Shown: in pieces, positions 1-10,633 of the stretch
How positions within the stretch are numbered: the first letter of the stretch is position 1
How the letters are laid out: every line of letters starts with the position of its first letter
DNA from: an uncultured Actinomycetes bacterium
Lineage (GTDB): Bacteria; Actinomycetota; UBA4738; HRBIN12
Assembly: GCA_963828885.1 (NCBI GenBank)
Contig: CAWHGC010000002.1
Span: forward strand, 83,474 to 147,473
Length of the DNA stretch: 64,000 nt
Reading direction: 5' to 3'
Program-made: the position numbers and the translations under genes
The notes under the pieces: model-generated
What the model was told of the DNA's origin: nothing
Seen by the model: only the letters and a program-made list of their open reading frames with translations
Databases searched by the model: none

Positions 1-1144
1 AGGCGCTCGCCGACAGCTGGTTCCCGGAGATCATGCGGCGCAAGGGCTACGCCACGTTCTGCGCGACCGGGAATCCATGGGTGGGCCCGGCGACCGGACT
101 CACGTTCGGCTTCGACACCGTCTTCGAGGCCTGGCGCACGGCGCCGCTGCCGAAGCTCGCCGATCCGCTCGGCACCGGCGGCGCGCTCGGCGTCGGCGGT
201 CCGGAAGGCGCAGGTGTACACGCGGCGGGCGCTCGGGCTCGGGGACGGCGGCGCCGCGGCCTCGCTCTCGGTCTTCGGGTCGTTCCTCGACGGGCGCGGA
301 GGGCGGCCGTTCCTCGCGTTCTTCAACGTGATGGAGCCGCACGCGCCGTACGCGCCGCCGCGGGGCCACCGGCGCGCGCCGAGCCTGGCCGCGCTCCGGG
401 TCGTGCGCCGGTGGAACGCCGACCGGATGCTCCGGTACAACACGGGCCGCGAGGAGATCGCCGACGACGAGCTCGCGCTGCTGCGGTCGCAGTACCGCGG
501 CGAGATCTCCTACACCGATGCGTGGCTCGCGCGGCTGCTCGACCGGCTCGACGGTGCGGGGCTCGCGCACGACACGGTCGTGGCGGTGACGGCCGACCAC
601 GGCGAGAACCTCGGCGAGCACCACCTGCTGTCGCACGTGATGTCGATGCACGAGACGCTGCTGCACGTGCCGCTGGTGGTCGCGGGTCCCGGGGTGGCGG
701 CCGGCGAGGAGCGCGCGCCCGTCGGGCTCACGGCGCTGCCGGCGACCCTGCTCGCCGCGCTGGAGGGGCGGTGGCAGGATCCCGCGGCGGTGGGAGGCGG
801 GCGGCGGCGTGCCGGTCGCCGAGTACGAGTCCGCCGCCGCGCAGGTCTCCGGCGCGCGCCGGCTCGACGAGCAGGTGCCGCCGGAGCTCCGCGAGCGGCT
901 GCGCGCTCGCTGGTTCGCCGCGTACGAGGGCTCGTTGAAGTACACCGCGTCGTCCGGCGGCCACGAGCGGCTCGTCGACCTCGAGGCCGACCCCGCCGAG
1001 GAGCACGACGTGTCGCCGGCGCATCCCGAGCCGCTCGCGCGGCTGCGCGCGGCTCGCCGCGGCTGGGCCGGCGACGCCGAGACCGGCGGCGAGGTCCTCG
1101 ACGCCGAGATCACCGCGCACCTCGAGGGGCTGGGCTACCTGTGA
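1..1144 (+). CDS. Sulfatase-like hydrolase/transferase (alkaline phosphatase superfamily), 5' truncated by the window, frameshifted
   Basis: Pieces in three frames: GYATFCATGNPWV, FLAFFNVMEPHAPY, YRGEISYTDAWL, VTADHGENLGEH..HVPLVV, and C-terminal HLEGLGYL*. Paralogous to 11477-12901. Confidence 0.8.
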
Positions 1145-1813
1145 GGCGGACGGCGGCCGCCGCCGTCGTGGCGCTGCTGGCCGTCTCGTGCACACCGGCG
1201 GCATCCTCGCCCGGGCCCTCCGGGCGGCCGCTGCCGAGCCCGGCCTCGAGCTTCGTGATCCCGAGCCCGATCCTGTCGCCGCGCCCGTTCACGGCCGACG
1301 ACCTCGCGTCGATCGTGCTCGGCCGTGGCGACACGCCGCGCGGCACCGAGTTCGCGTCGGCGTTCTCGACCGACCAGACGATCGACCAGTTCGCCTCCGA
1401 CAGCGAGGAGCTGACCGAGCTCCGCCAGGACCGGTTCGTGCTGGGTCACGTCTCGCTGTTCGTGCCGACGGGCCAGCTCGATCACGACGCCCCGCCCGGC
1501 GGAGCCCGGCGCGATCTTCGTGCAGTGCATCGCCGGCGTGTTCGAGACGGCGGCCGGCGCCGATTCCTCGCTGCGGCGCTACGTGGCGAACCTGCGCGTG
1601 TTCCAGCTCCGCAACGAGGTCCGGATCGCGGCCGGCGGCCTCGGCGACTCGTCCGAGGGGCTCCGCGGCAGGAGCGACGGCGAGGACGTCACCGTGTACG
1701 CGTGGCGGACGGCGAACCTCCTGCTGGTCGTGAGCGGCTCCGGCACGATCGCGCCCGAGGCCGTCAGGGCCCTCGCGGATCTGGTGCAGCATCGCGCCGA
1801 GCGCGCGCGCTGA
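1141..1813 (+). CDS. Putative lipoprotein, unknown function (frameshift near 1500)
   Basis: GTG overlaps the upstream stop. VRRTAAAAVVALLAVSC is lipobox-like and is followed by a Pro/Ser linker. The reading continues in ORF 1520-1813. Confidence 0.6.
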
Positions 1814-2912
1814 GCAGCTCCCCGAACAGCTCCGCGTACGCGTCGGCGACGGGCGCGATGTCGAGGCTCGCGCCGGCCTCGCGCGCGGCCGCCGCCGCCC
1901 GCGCCCGGCGGTCCGGATCCTCGACGAGCTCCGTGACGGCGCGCGAGAGCGCGGCCTCGTCGCCGGGCGGGACGAGCGCCCCGGTGTCGTCGCCGATCAC
2001 GTCGCGCACGCCGCCCATGTCGTGTGCGACGACCGGCACGCCCGCCAGCAGCGCCTCGACGAACACGCCGGGCGCGCCCTCGGTGCGGCTCGTCGACACG
2101 AGCAGGTCGGCGGCGGAGATCAGCGACGGCGCGTCGACGCGCTCGCCGGCGAGCGTGAGGCCGCCGGCCGCGTGGGCGGCCGCGCGAACCTCGGCCTCGA
2201 GCGGACCGGTGCCGACGATCGCGAGGTGCGCCGCGGCCGGCAGCCGCTCGGCGAGGCGGACGGCGGCGACCGGGTCCTTCTCGGGCACGAACCGGCCGGC
2301 CCACACGACGAGCACCTGCGTCCGGCCCGGCGCCCAGCTCCGCGCGGATCGCCCGCCGCCGAGCGTCGTCGAGGGCCGGCGCCCGGAGCCGCCCGTTGCG
2401 GATCACGCGGATCCGCTCGGGCGCGATGCCGAACACGTCGACGAGCTCGTCTCGCAGCGAGCCGCTGACGGCGACGAACGCGTCGACGCGTCCGTACGCG
2501 AGCCGGAGCGACCGGGATCGGGCGGGCGTGCGCAGGTCCGGCGTGACGGCCGCCACGCGGATGTAGACGAGCGGCGCCCGATGGTGCAGGCCCGCGAGGA
2601 CCGCGTGCCGCAGCGGGTCGCCGCCGTGCGCGACGATCACCTGTGGTGCGAACGCGGCGGCCCGCGCCCGCAGCGAGCCCCGCGACCTCCAGAGGCGGCC
2701 GGGACCGTCGGGTACGCCGGGCGCGACGTCGACGGGCGGCTCGTCGCCGATCCACGCCCGTTGCTCGCCGCCGCCCGAGGAGAGCGGGCATGAGCCGCGG
2801 CTCGAACCGATCGCGCAGCGCGACCTCGAGGTGCTGCGCGAAGATCTCGGCACCGCGCAGCTGCAGCCGCGGCACGATGTCGGCCACCCTCGGTGCGCGC
2901 CGCGTCCGTCAT
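1764..2912 (-). CDS. Glycosyltransferase family 4 (frameshifted)
   Basis: IVPRLQLRGAE, FVAVS, IRNG, WAGRFVPEKDP and STSRTEGAPGVFVEALLAGVPVVA (GT-B E-x7-E motif) spread over three frames. Confidence 0.85.
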
Positions 2913-3854
2913 GAACGCGCGGACCGCCGGCCGAGTCGCTTGCGGGCGTGGCTCGCGGCGCCCCGCAGGTCCAGCGCGCCCGATCGCAGGGCGCCCTCCA
3001 CCCGCTCGCGCGCGGCCACGTCCGGGAACCGCCGCTCGTACCCCAGGTCGCCCAGCAGCTCGCCGGCGACGGCCTCGAAGTGGCGGACGTCGTCGGGCGC
3101 CATCTGCGTGCGCCAGTCCCGCGCGCCGGCCGCCACCTCCTCCTGCGAGCGGGCGTGGAACGCGCGGCCCTCCTCGGGCGCCAGCGTCGGATGCTCCTGC
3201 CGCGCGCCCGGGTCGAGCATCGCCTCGTCGAACGGCGAGGTCGGCGAACGCGCAGATCGCCTGCAGCGCCGCCTTCGCATCGGCCACGAGGTCCTCGTAC
3301 CGCACCTCGAGGTAGCGGTCGGTTCCGAGCGGCTGACCGTCGCGGATGCCGGCCGTCACGTCGCGCCGCCACTTGTGCGCGGCCGCCCACACCGTGTCCG
3401 GACCCCAGTGCAGCGAGCGGTAGCTGAGGGCGACGTCGCGCCCGTCGCGGATCAGATGCACGAACCGCGCGTCGGGCCACAGGGAATGCAGCAGCGGGAT
3501 CGACCGCACGTAGATCGGTGTCTTGTCGCCCCACCGCGACTTCCCGTGCTCGTCGGCGTTCGCGAGGAAGGCCGCCTCGATCACGCCGGCGAACGACGGG
3601 TGCTCCATCGCTCGCACGCGCTCCCACACCGAGGATTCGGCCACCTTCCAGTGCCGGAAGTGCGGCGTTCGAAGCAGCGCCGGCGTGAGGACCTCGGGAT
3701 CGACCGGGTCGGGGAAGCGCCGCCGCAGCTCCGGGATGAAGTGCGACTCGCCCGGCACCGCGAGGTCGGGGTGCGCGTCCAGCATCAGCCGCAGGAGCGT
3801 GGAGCCCGAACGACCGCAGCCGACCACGAACAGCGGCGGGGCGGGGTCGCTCAT
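2909..3854 (-). CDS. PAPS-dependent sulfotransferase (Sulfotransfer_3-like), frameshift near 3235
   Basis: FVVGCGRSGSTLLRLMLDAHP (5'-PSB loop), WGDKTP, HLIRDGRDVALS (3'-PB), VRYEDLV. Confidence 0.9.
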
Positions 3855-3902
3855 GGCGCGAGTCTATGCGGCGCCTGCACGGCAGCCTGCTAGCGTCCGG
3901 CC

Positions 3903-4680
3903 GTGACCACCGACGAGCGCTACCTGTACGGGGACGACGACCTCGCCGCCGAGCGGCTCGATCTGGTCGCGCGCCTCTTCGAGCCGTCGACCGCCGTCCT
4001 GCTCGACCGGTTCGGTCCGCTGACGCCGGCGCTCGCGATCGACGTCGGCTGCGGGCCCGGACACACCACGAGGCTGCTGCACCGGGTGCTGTCGCCCCGC
4101 CGGACGCTCGGCCTCGACCAGTCGGAGCGATACGTCCGCCGGGCGTCCGAGGACGCGCCCGACGGTGTGGCGTTCGCGTGCCACGACGCGCGCGAGGTCC
4201 CGTTCCCCGAGACGCCGGCCGACGTCGTGTACTGCCGCCTGCTGCTCGCGCACCTCAACCGCCCGATGGACGTGCTGGCCGGGTGGGCGACGCAGCTCGT
4301 GCCCGGCGGCGTGCTGATGATCGACGAGCTCGACCGCGCCGAGACCGACGACGCCGCGTTCCGCCGCTACCTCGAGGTCGCCGTCGCCGTCATCGAGCGC
4401 CAGGGGAGCGTGCTGTTCGCCGGGCCGGCGATCGCCGCCGCCGACCCCGCCCGCCGGCACCCAGACCGTCTCGAACGACACGGCGACGATCCGGCTCTCG
4501 CCGGCCGACGCCGGCCGCATGTTCGGCATGAACCTGCGCGTGCTGCGCCGGGACGGACAGGTCCCCGCCGACGACGCGGAGCTGGACGAGCTGCAGGCGA
4601 GCCTCGACGCCGCGGTCGCCGGCGAGGTCCGCCCCACCTGCGTCCTGCATCAGCGTCAGATCGTCTACCGGCGCGTCTGA
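3903..4680 (+). CDS. Class I SAM-dependent methyltransferase (frameshift near 4450)
   Basis: IDVGCGPGHT motif I, GLDQS, DVVYCRLLLAHL, LVPGGVLMI. Confidence 0.8.
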
Positions 4681-4683
4681 GCG

Positions 4684-5635
4684 TCAGGCGTCCTCCTCGC
4701 GGCGCCGCCGGCGGCGCGCGCCCCACAGACGGCGCTTCACCCGCCCGCTCGCGACGTGCCACGCCGCCCTCGCTCGCAACGCCGGGTCCGGCGGCGGTGC
4801 GCCGCGTTCGTACCCGAGCTCGTCGAGCAGGTCGCCGGCGACGGCCTCGAACGCGGCGACGTCGGCCTCCGGCATCTCCGCGCGCCAGTCGCGGAGGCCG
4901 GCGGTGGGGGGCCGATCCTCGTGGCGGTGCTGCGAACGACGATCGTCGGGCAGGGCCTCGTCGACGCCGCGGTGGTACTCGAGCATCGCGGCGTCCCACG
5001 GCAGGTCGATCACCTCGCAGATCGCTCGCAGCTCGCGCTCCGGATCGGCGACGAGGGCCTCGTACCGGACCTCGGAATATCGCTGCGGGCCGAGGCGCCC
5101 GCCGTCGCGCCGGCCCGCGCGCACCCGCCGCGCCCAGAACCCGGCCGCGCTCATCGGATCGTTCGGGCCGAAGCGCACCGAGCGCAGCGACATCGCCACG
5201 TCGCGGCCGTCGCGCACGATGTGCACGAACCGCGATCCGGGGAACAGGCGGTCGAACAGCGGGATGTCGAGGACGTACCGCGGGGTCTTGTCGCCCCACC
5301 GGCTCGCGCCGCGCGGCTGCGCGTACACCGTGTACACCGCGTCGATCACGTCGGCGAACGAGGCCGGCGCCGCCAGCGAGCGCACGCGTTCGAGCACGTC
5401 CTCGTCCGGCACCTTCCATGCGGCGAAGGTCTTCGTTCCGCATGACGTCGGCGGCGAGCCGTTCGGCGTCGACCCCGCCGCCTGCTGCGGCGTACCGGTC
5501 GATCGCATGTCCGAACCGCGACAGGAAGTGCGACTCCGGCGGGATCGCGAGGTCGGGGTGCGCGTCCAGCATCAGCCGCAACAGCGTGGTGCCGGAGCGG
5601 CCGCATCCCACGACGAACACCGGCGGTGTCCTCAC
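4684..5635 (-). CDS. PAPS-dependent sulfotransferase (frameshift near 5435)
   Basis: VFVVGCGRSGTTLLRLMLDAHP..PPESHF; WGDKTPRY; HIVRDGRDVAMS; VRYEALV. Confidence 0.9.
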
Positions 5636-5696
5636 GGGGCGCGAGTCTACCGTCGGCGCTGTCCCGCGCTCGGCGGCGGCCGATAGGGTGAGCGAC

Positions 5697-6227
5697 GTGC
5701 CGGCGAACGAGGAACCCGAGGGTGTGCTCATCACCGGCCTGTTCGGCGTCGGCAAGTCGTCCGTCACGGCCGAGATCGCCGACCTGCTGGAGGCGAACCA
5801 CGAGCGGTACGCGGCCATCGACCTCGACTGGCTGACGTGGGCCGACACGGGCACCGGGCAGGAGGGCGCCGAGCACCGGATGCTGCTGACGAACCTCGCG
5901 TCGGTGGCCGGCAACTACCTCGAGGCCGGCATCCGCCGCTTCGTGATGGCTCGGTCGCTGCGGGACCGCTCGGAGCTCGAGAGCCTGCGGGCGGCGATCC
6001 CGGTGCCGGTCCGGGTCGTGCGGCTGACGGTGACGATGGACGAGGTCGACCGCCGCCTGCGATCCGATGTCACGGCGGGCCGTGAGGACGATCTCCGGGA
6101 GGCCGGGGAGTGGGTGGCCGCCGGCCTCGGCGAGGGGTTCGAGGACCTGACGGTCGCGAACGACCGGCCGATCCGCGAGGTCGCGTCCGAGATCGTGGGC
6201 TGGCTGGGTTGGGCCCGCTCCGTATGA
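5697..6227 (+). CDS. Small P-loop NTPase/kinase of unknown substrate
   Basis: VLITGLFGVGKSS Walker A and AAIDLDWL. GTG at 5697 follows a TAGGGT -10-like hexamer. Confidence 0.7.
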   Translation: MPANEEPEGVLITGLFGVGKSSVTAEIADLLEANHERYAAIDLDWLTWADTGTGQEGAEHRMLLTNLASVAGNYLEAGIRRFVMARSLRDRSELESLRAAIPVPVRVVRLTVTMDEVDRRLRSDVTAGREDDLREAGEWVAAGLGEGFEDLTVANDRPIREVASEIVGWLGWARSV

Positions 6228-6234
6228 TTCGCTG

Positions 6235-6717
6235 ATGCCCGGCTGGGATCAGGTCGTGCGAGAGGCGCCCGAGCTCGCCGCCGCCGTGCAGGGGCGGTTC
6301 GACGCGAACCGGCACAAGGTGATGGGCACGCTCCGCGCCGATGGCTCGCCTCGGCTGAGCGGCATCGAGGTGACGTTCCGCGACGGCGACCTGTGGCTCG
6401 GCATGATGCCGGATTCGCTCAAGGCGCTCGATCTTCGGCGCGACCCGCGCCTCGCCCTGCATTCCGCGACCGTCGATCCCGAGCTCGTCGAGGGCGACGC
6501 GCGGATCTCGGGCCTCGCGGTCGAGGCCACCGGCGCCGGCGCCATGATGGCCCTGGTCGAGGGCGACACCCGCCACGAGGACGGCGCCCCCGCCGGCCAC
6601 GTCTTCCGCGTCGACGTGACGGAGCTGATGCTCATCAAGATCGGCGACACGGCTGACCACCTCGTGATCGAGTCCTGGCACGAGGGGCGGGGAGTGGAGC
6701 GTATCGAGCGCCGGTAG
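6235..6717 (+). CDS. Pyridoxamine 5'-phosphate oxidase family protein (PPOX class, likely F420-binding)
   Basis: GTLRADGSPRLSGIE...SLKALDLRRDPRLALHS. Confidence 0.85.
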   Translation: MPGWDQVVREAPELAAAVQGRFDANRHKVMGTLRADGSPRLSGIEVTFRDGDLWLGMMPDSLKALDLRRDPRLALHSATVDPELVEGDARISGLAVEATGAGAMMALVEGDTRHEDGAPAGHVFRVDVTELMLIKIGDTADHLVIESWHEGRGVERIERR

Positions 6718-6929
6718 CGAGGGGCGGCGCGGCGTTCCGCGTGTCAGCGTGCTGACGCGCGACCGGAGAGGGTTCGCACGCCGCAGGTCGTCAGAACCTT
6801 GACGTCGTCGAGGCGTTCGATGATTGACGACCTGTGATCCTCGACCCGCCGATGCGTGTCATCGAGGCTGACACGGTCGCTCCTGAGGACGCCGGTGTGC
6901 ACCTCACCACGCGCGGCCGACGCCGCGCC

Positions 6930-7907
6930 TTACCAGCGACGCGGCGGCGGCAACGCCTCCGGGTGCCGTGCGAGCGCCACCCGCATCCGCGCCGCGCGCG
7001 CCGCGTGCCGCGCGCCGTCGAACGCCAGGATCGCCGCCGCCCTCGCCCGCACGCCGGCGCCCACGCGCGGGAACCGACGCTCGTAGCCCAGCGACGACAA
7101 TTCGTCGCCGGCGACGGCCTCGAACAGTTCCTGATCGGCGTCGCTCATCCGCTCGCGCCAGTCGCGCAGGCCCGGGGTCGGCGGGCTCGCGAGGTTCCGG
7201 TGGTGCCCCCAGTTGCGTTCCGGCACCGACGCGGCCGGATCCTCCCGGTGGTAGTCGAGCATGGCCGGCGTGTAGTCGAGCGACGCCACCCCGCAGATCT
7301 GCTTGAGCGCGGACTCGGGGTCGTCGACGAGCGCCTCGTATCGCAGCTCTAGGTACCGTAGCTCGCCGAGCGCTGCCCCGTCGGCGCGGCCCTTCGACAC
7401 CCGGTACCGCCAGACCTGCGCGGCCTCGGCGAACGATCGCGGCGGCCGCGGTACCTCCATCAGCGAGAGCGCGACGTTCCTCCCGTCCCGGATCAGGTGC
7501 ACGAACACGGCCTCGGGGAACAGCTCCGAGATCAGCGGCAGCTCGACCGAGTAGCCGGGCGTCTTGTCGCCCCACCGCGATGCCCCGTGCGCGTCCGCGT
7601 ACGCGACGAAGAAGCACTCGATCGCGGCCGCCAGCGTGGCCGGCCGCCGCTCGCGGATCGCTCGCCGCACGTCCTCCGCCGGCAACCCCCAGTCCTGGAA
7701 TCGGAGGCCGCGCATCACGTCGGCCGCCATGTGCTCGGCGTCGAAGCCGCTCGGCTGCTCGTATCGGGACCGCACGCGCGCAACGAGGGGGATGAAATGG
7801 GACTCGGGCGGGATCGCGAGCGACGGGTGCGCGTCCAGCATCAGCCGCAGCAGTGTGGTGCCGGAACGAGGGCAGCCCACCACGAAGATCGGTGGCGCCT
7901 CGCTCAC
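6930..7907 (-). CDS. PAPS-dependent sulfotransferase
   Basis: Intact 325-aa ORF with IFVVGCPRSGTTLLRLMLDAHP, WGDKTP, HLIRDGRNVALS, LRYEALV. Confidence 0.92.
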   Translation of the reverse strand: MSEAPPIFVVGCPRSGTTLLRLMLDAHPSLAIPPESHFIPLVARVRSRYEQPSGFDAEHMAADVMRGLRFQDWGLPAEDVRRAIRERRPATLAAAIECFFVAYADAHGASRWGDKTPGYSVELPLISELFPEAVFVHLIRDGRNVALSLMEVPRPPRSFAEAAQVWRYRVSKGRADGAALGELRYLELRYEALVDDPESALKQICGVASLDYTPAMLDYHREDPAASVPERNWGHHRNLASPPTPGLRDWRERMSDADQELFEAVAGDELSSLGYERRFPRVGAGVRARAAAILAFDGARHAARAARMRVALARHPEALPPPRRW

Positions 7908-8767
7908 CGGACCGCCTCGCTCGGTGCCGGGCCGAGCGCCCGGACGCCGGCCTCGACCGTGCGCGACACCACCACCTGCTGATCGGCGAAGGTCTGGAAG
8001 CGGTGGATGTCGGTGCCGGGGACGACCTCGAGGTGGACCCGCGCGTGCTCCTCGGGCGTCAGCTGCCGGCGCAGCTCCTCGATCAGCCGTTCGGCCTGTG
8101 GCAGCTCCTTCGTCGTCTCACCCATCACGAAGCGGACCTCCGAGCGCCTCGCCGTCTCGGCCGTGTCGCGCAGGAACGGCGGGCTGACGACGAGCACCGG
8201 CGTGTCCCGGCGCTGTGCCACCTGCGTCCTCGCGCGCTTCACGCGCGGGTTGCGAAGGAGCCTCGCGCCGAGCTCGCTGCCCTTGAGGCGCTGCCGGATC
8301 CGCCGGCGGAGCGGCGCCCTGGTCGGCGCGGTCGCCGGCACGAGGATCGGCAGCGGGAACACGGTGACGGACACCACGTCCCGGCGTTGCGCGGCCGCCG
8401 CCATCGCCGTGCGGCCGCCGAAGCAGGTGGCGACGAAGGCCAGCCGCGACACGCCGGTCGCCGCTTTCAGCAGGTCGGCCACGCCGTTCGCGTCGGCGTC
8501 GAGCGCGACCTCGAGCTCCATCACGACCCGGCCGGTGCTGTCGCCGACGCCGTGGTAGTCGAACCGGACCGAGCAGATCCCGCGCCCGGCGAGCTCTCGG
8601 GCCGCACGTACCCACATCCGGTTGCGGTGCGTGCGGGTGTAGTTCGAGCCGGTCAGTAGCACCACGCCGAGATCCTCGATGTCGCCGGTCGGTGCGCACA
8701 CGACGGCGGCCAGACGTTCCCCGCCGGCCGGTACGTACACCGGGTACTCCTCGTACGCGCGCGTCAC
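7904..8767 (-). CDS. Alpha/beta hydrolase, Cys at the nucleophile elbow (resembles exosortase A-associated hydrolase 1)
   Basis: NRMWVRAARELAGRGICSVRFDYHGVGDSTG, elbow FVATCFGG, C-terminal DIHRF. Confidence 0.7.
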   Translation of the reverse strand: MTRAYEEYPVYVPAGGERLAAVVCAPTGDIEDLGVVLLTGSNYTRTHRNRMWVRAARELAGRGICSVRFDYHGVGDSTGRVVMELEVALDADANGVADLLKAATGVSRLAFVATCFGGRTAMAAAAQRRDVVSVTVFPLPILVPATAPTRAPLRRRIRQRLKGSELGARLLRNPRVKRARTQVAQRRDTPVLVVSPPFLRDTAETARRSEVRFVMGETTKELPQAERLIEELRRQLTPEEHARVHLEVVPGTDIHRFQTFADQQVVVSRTVEAGVRALGPAPSEAVR

Positions 8768-9687
8768 CCGGCCCACTCCGCCACGATGCGGCCCAGGTCG
8801 GCCACGACCGGCTCCATCACGTCGGTGCGGACGTTCATGTCCTTCGTGGTGGCGACGAACGAGGCGCTGCCGAACGTCGAACCCGCCGGCTCCCGCAGGA
8901 CCTCGGTGCGGACGGCGCCGCCGCCGGCCTCGAGGCGGTCGCGCAGGGCCTCGAGGTCCTTCGAGAGCGCCGGCCGCTTCGCGACCTGCACGATCAGCGC
9001 TTCGCCGCCGAACGAGCCGGCGTCGGCCGCGAGGTCCACCTCCTGCAGCGCGTCGACCAGCGCCGCCGGCAGCGCGTAGCCGAGGACGTCGAGGACGCCG
9101 TCGCGATGGAGGTCGGCGAGCAGCTCGTCCGTGCCGCGGCGGTCGCCGCCGTCGGGATCCGCCATGCGCACGACGCTCATCTCGCGCAGGAACGACCGGG
9201 TCCACCGCGCGCCGCTCACGGCCGGCTGCACGAGCGCCATTCGGTCGACGCCGCCCTCGCGCGCGAGCAGGCCGGCGAGCAGGCCGCCGAACCGGGCGCC
9301 TACGAGTCCGACGCGTCCGGCGCCCGTGGCGCTCACCAGGTGCTCGCGGGCGGCGCGGAGATCCGCGAGCTGCCGCTCGAGCGTGGCGTCGTTCGGATCG
9401 CCCTCCGAGTCGCCGAACCCACGCCGGTGCACGAACAGCACCGGGTGTCCGGCGGCGGCGAGCGCGCGGGAGACCCCGCGCTCGGCGCGCCGGAGCGTGA
9501 GGACCTCGAGTCCGAACGAGTGCACGGCCACGAACCCGAGGTCCGTGGCGGCGGCGGGATCGGCCGGCTCCGTCATGAGCGCGAACAGGCGGTCGCCCTC
9601 GACCTCGAGGTGGAACGCCCGCTCCGTGACGCCGTCGAGGGTGTGCTGCGCGTGCTCGGCCAGCAGGGTGTGGTTCAGCGTGGGCAT
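8764..9687 (-). CDS. Alpha/beta hydrolase, Arg at the nucleophile elbow (resembles exosortase A-associated hydrolase 2)
   Basis: HSFGLE..LRR, ALAAAGHPVLFVHRRGFGDSEGD, elbow GLVGARFGG, LVQPAVSG. Confidence 0.7.
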   Translation of the reverse strand: MPTLNHTLLAEHAQHTLDGVTERAFHLEVEGDRLFALMTEPADPAAATDLGFVAVHSFGLEVLTLRRAERGVSRALAAAGHPVLFVHRRGFGDSEGDPNDATLERQLADLRAAREHLVSATGAGRVGLVGARFGGLLAGLLAREGGVDRMALVQPAVSGARWTRSFLREMSVVRMADPDGGDRRGTDELLADLHRDGVLDVLGYALPAALVDALQEVDLAADAGSFGGEALIVQVAKRPALSKDLEALRDRLEAGGGAVRTEVLREPAGSTFGSASFVATTKDMNVRTDVMEPVVADLGRIVAEWAG

Positions 9688-9730
9688 CCTGCCGGCCATG
9701 CTACGGCGCGTCCGTCGGCGGCCGTGGAGC

Positions 9731-10609
9731 TCAGGAGCCGTCGAGGAACCCAAGCAACGCTCGCGCGACCTCGTCCGGCGCCTCCTCGGCCAGGAAATGG
9801 CCGGCGTCGATGCCGCGTCCGCGGACATCGTGTGCCCAGCCGCGCCAGGTCTGCAGCACGTCGAACCAGGTCGGGAGTTCGTCGCGCGCCGACCATAGGG
9901 CGAGGACCGGGCACTCGATGCGCCGGCCGGCGGCGCGGTCGGCCTCGTCGAGGTCGTCGTCGATCGTGGCGCCGGCGCGGTAGTCCTGGCACATCGCGTG
10001 CACCGTGCCCGGGTCCGCGACCGCGCTCCGATAGTCGGCGAGCGCCTCGGCGTCGAAGCGGGAGGTGTCGCCGGCGTAGTAGTACGCGCCCGGGTCGGCG
10101 CCGATGATCCGCTCGGGACGCGGCGCAGGCTGCGCGAGGAAATACCAGTGCCAGTCAGCGAGGCCGAACGCCTTCCCCGCGCCCTCCGCGAAGCGCCACA
10201 TGTCGGCAGTCGGCACGATGTCCAGGACCGCCAGCCGCGTCACACGTCCGGGATGGTCGAGGGCCATCCGGTAGGCGACCCGCCCTCCGCGATCATGTCC
10301 GACCACGGAGAAGGCGTCGAAGCCGAGTATCGACATCAAGGCCACCTGATCGAGCGCCATCGCTCGTTTGGAGAACGCGGCGTGGTCCCCCTCCCGCGTA
10401 GGGGCCGGCGACGTCGATCCGCCGTAGCCCCGGAGGTCAGCCGCCACGATGGTGTGTGCGGCCGCGAGGTCGGGCGCCACCCGGTGCCACATCACGTGGG
10501 TCTGCGGATGCCCGTGGAGGAGGAGGACCGGCGGGCCGGAGCCGCCGACGCGGACGCGGAGCGTGACCTCGCCCACATCGACCTGTCGGAGCTCGAATCT
10601 CTCGAACAC
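9731..10609 (-). CDS. Haloacetate (fluoroacetate) dehalogenase-like alpha/beta hydrolase
   Basis: LLHGHPQTHVMWH, DLRGYG, SKRAMA, GHDRGGRV, LDIVPT, WHWYF, CQDYRA, GHFLAEEAP. Confidence 0.88.
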   Translation of the reverse strand: MFERFELRQVDVGEVTLRVRVGGSGPPVLLLHGHPQTHVMWHRVAPDLAAAHTIVAADLRGYGGSTSPAPTREGDHAAFSKRAMALDQVALMSILGFDAFSVVGHDRGGRVAYRMALDHPGRVTRLAVLDIVPTADMWRFAEGAGKAFGLADWHWYFLAQPAPRPERIIGADPGAYYYAGDTSRFDAEALADYRSAVADPGTVHAMCQDYRAGATIDDDLDEADRAAGRRIECPVLALWSARDELPTWFDVLQTWRGWAHDVRGRGIDAGHFLAEEAPDEVARALLGFLDGS

Positions 10610-10633
10610 ACGTGGATGCTCCCACGCGAGCCG

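Noticed and set aside
5697-6227. Adenylyl-sulfate kinase CysC supplying PAPS
   Set aside because: Only a Walker A and DLD are present; the LDGDNxRxxL and other CysC motifs are missing.
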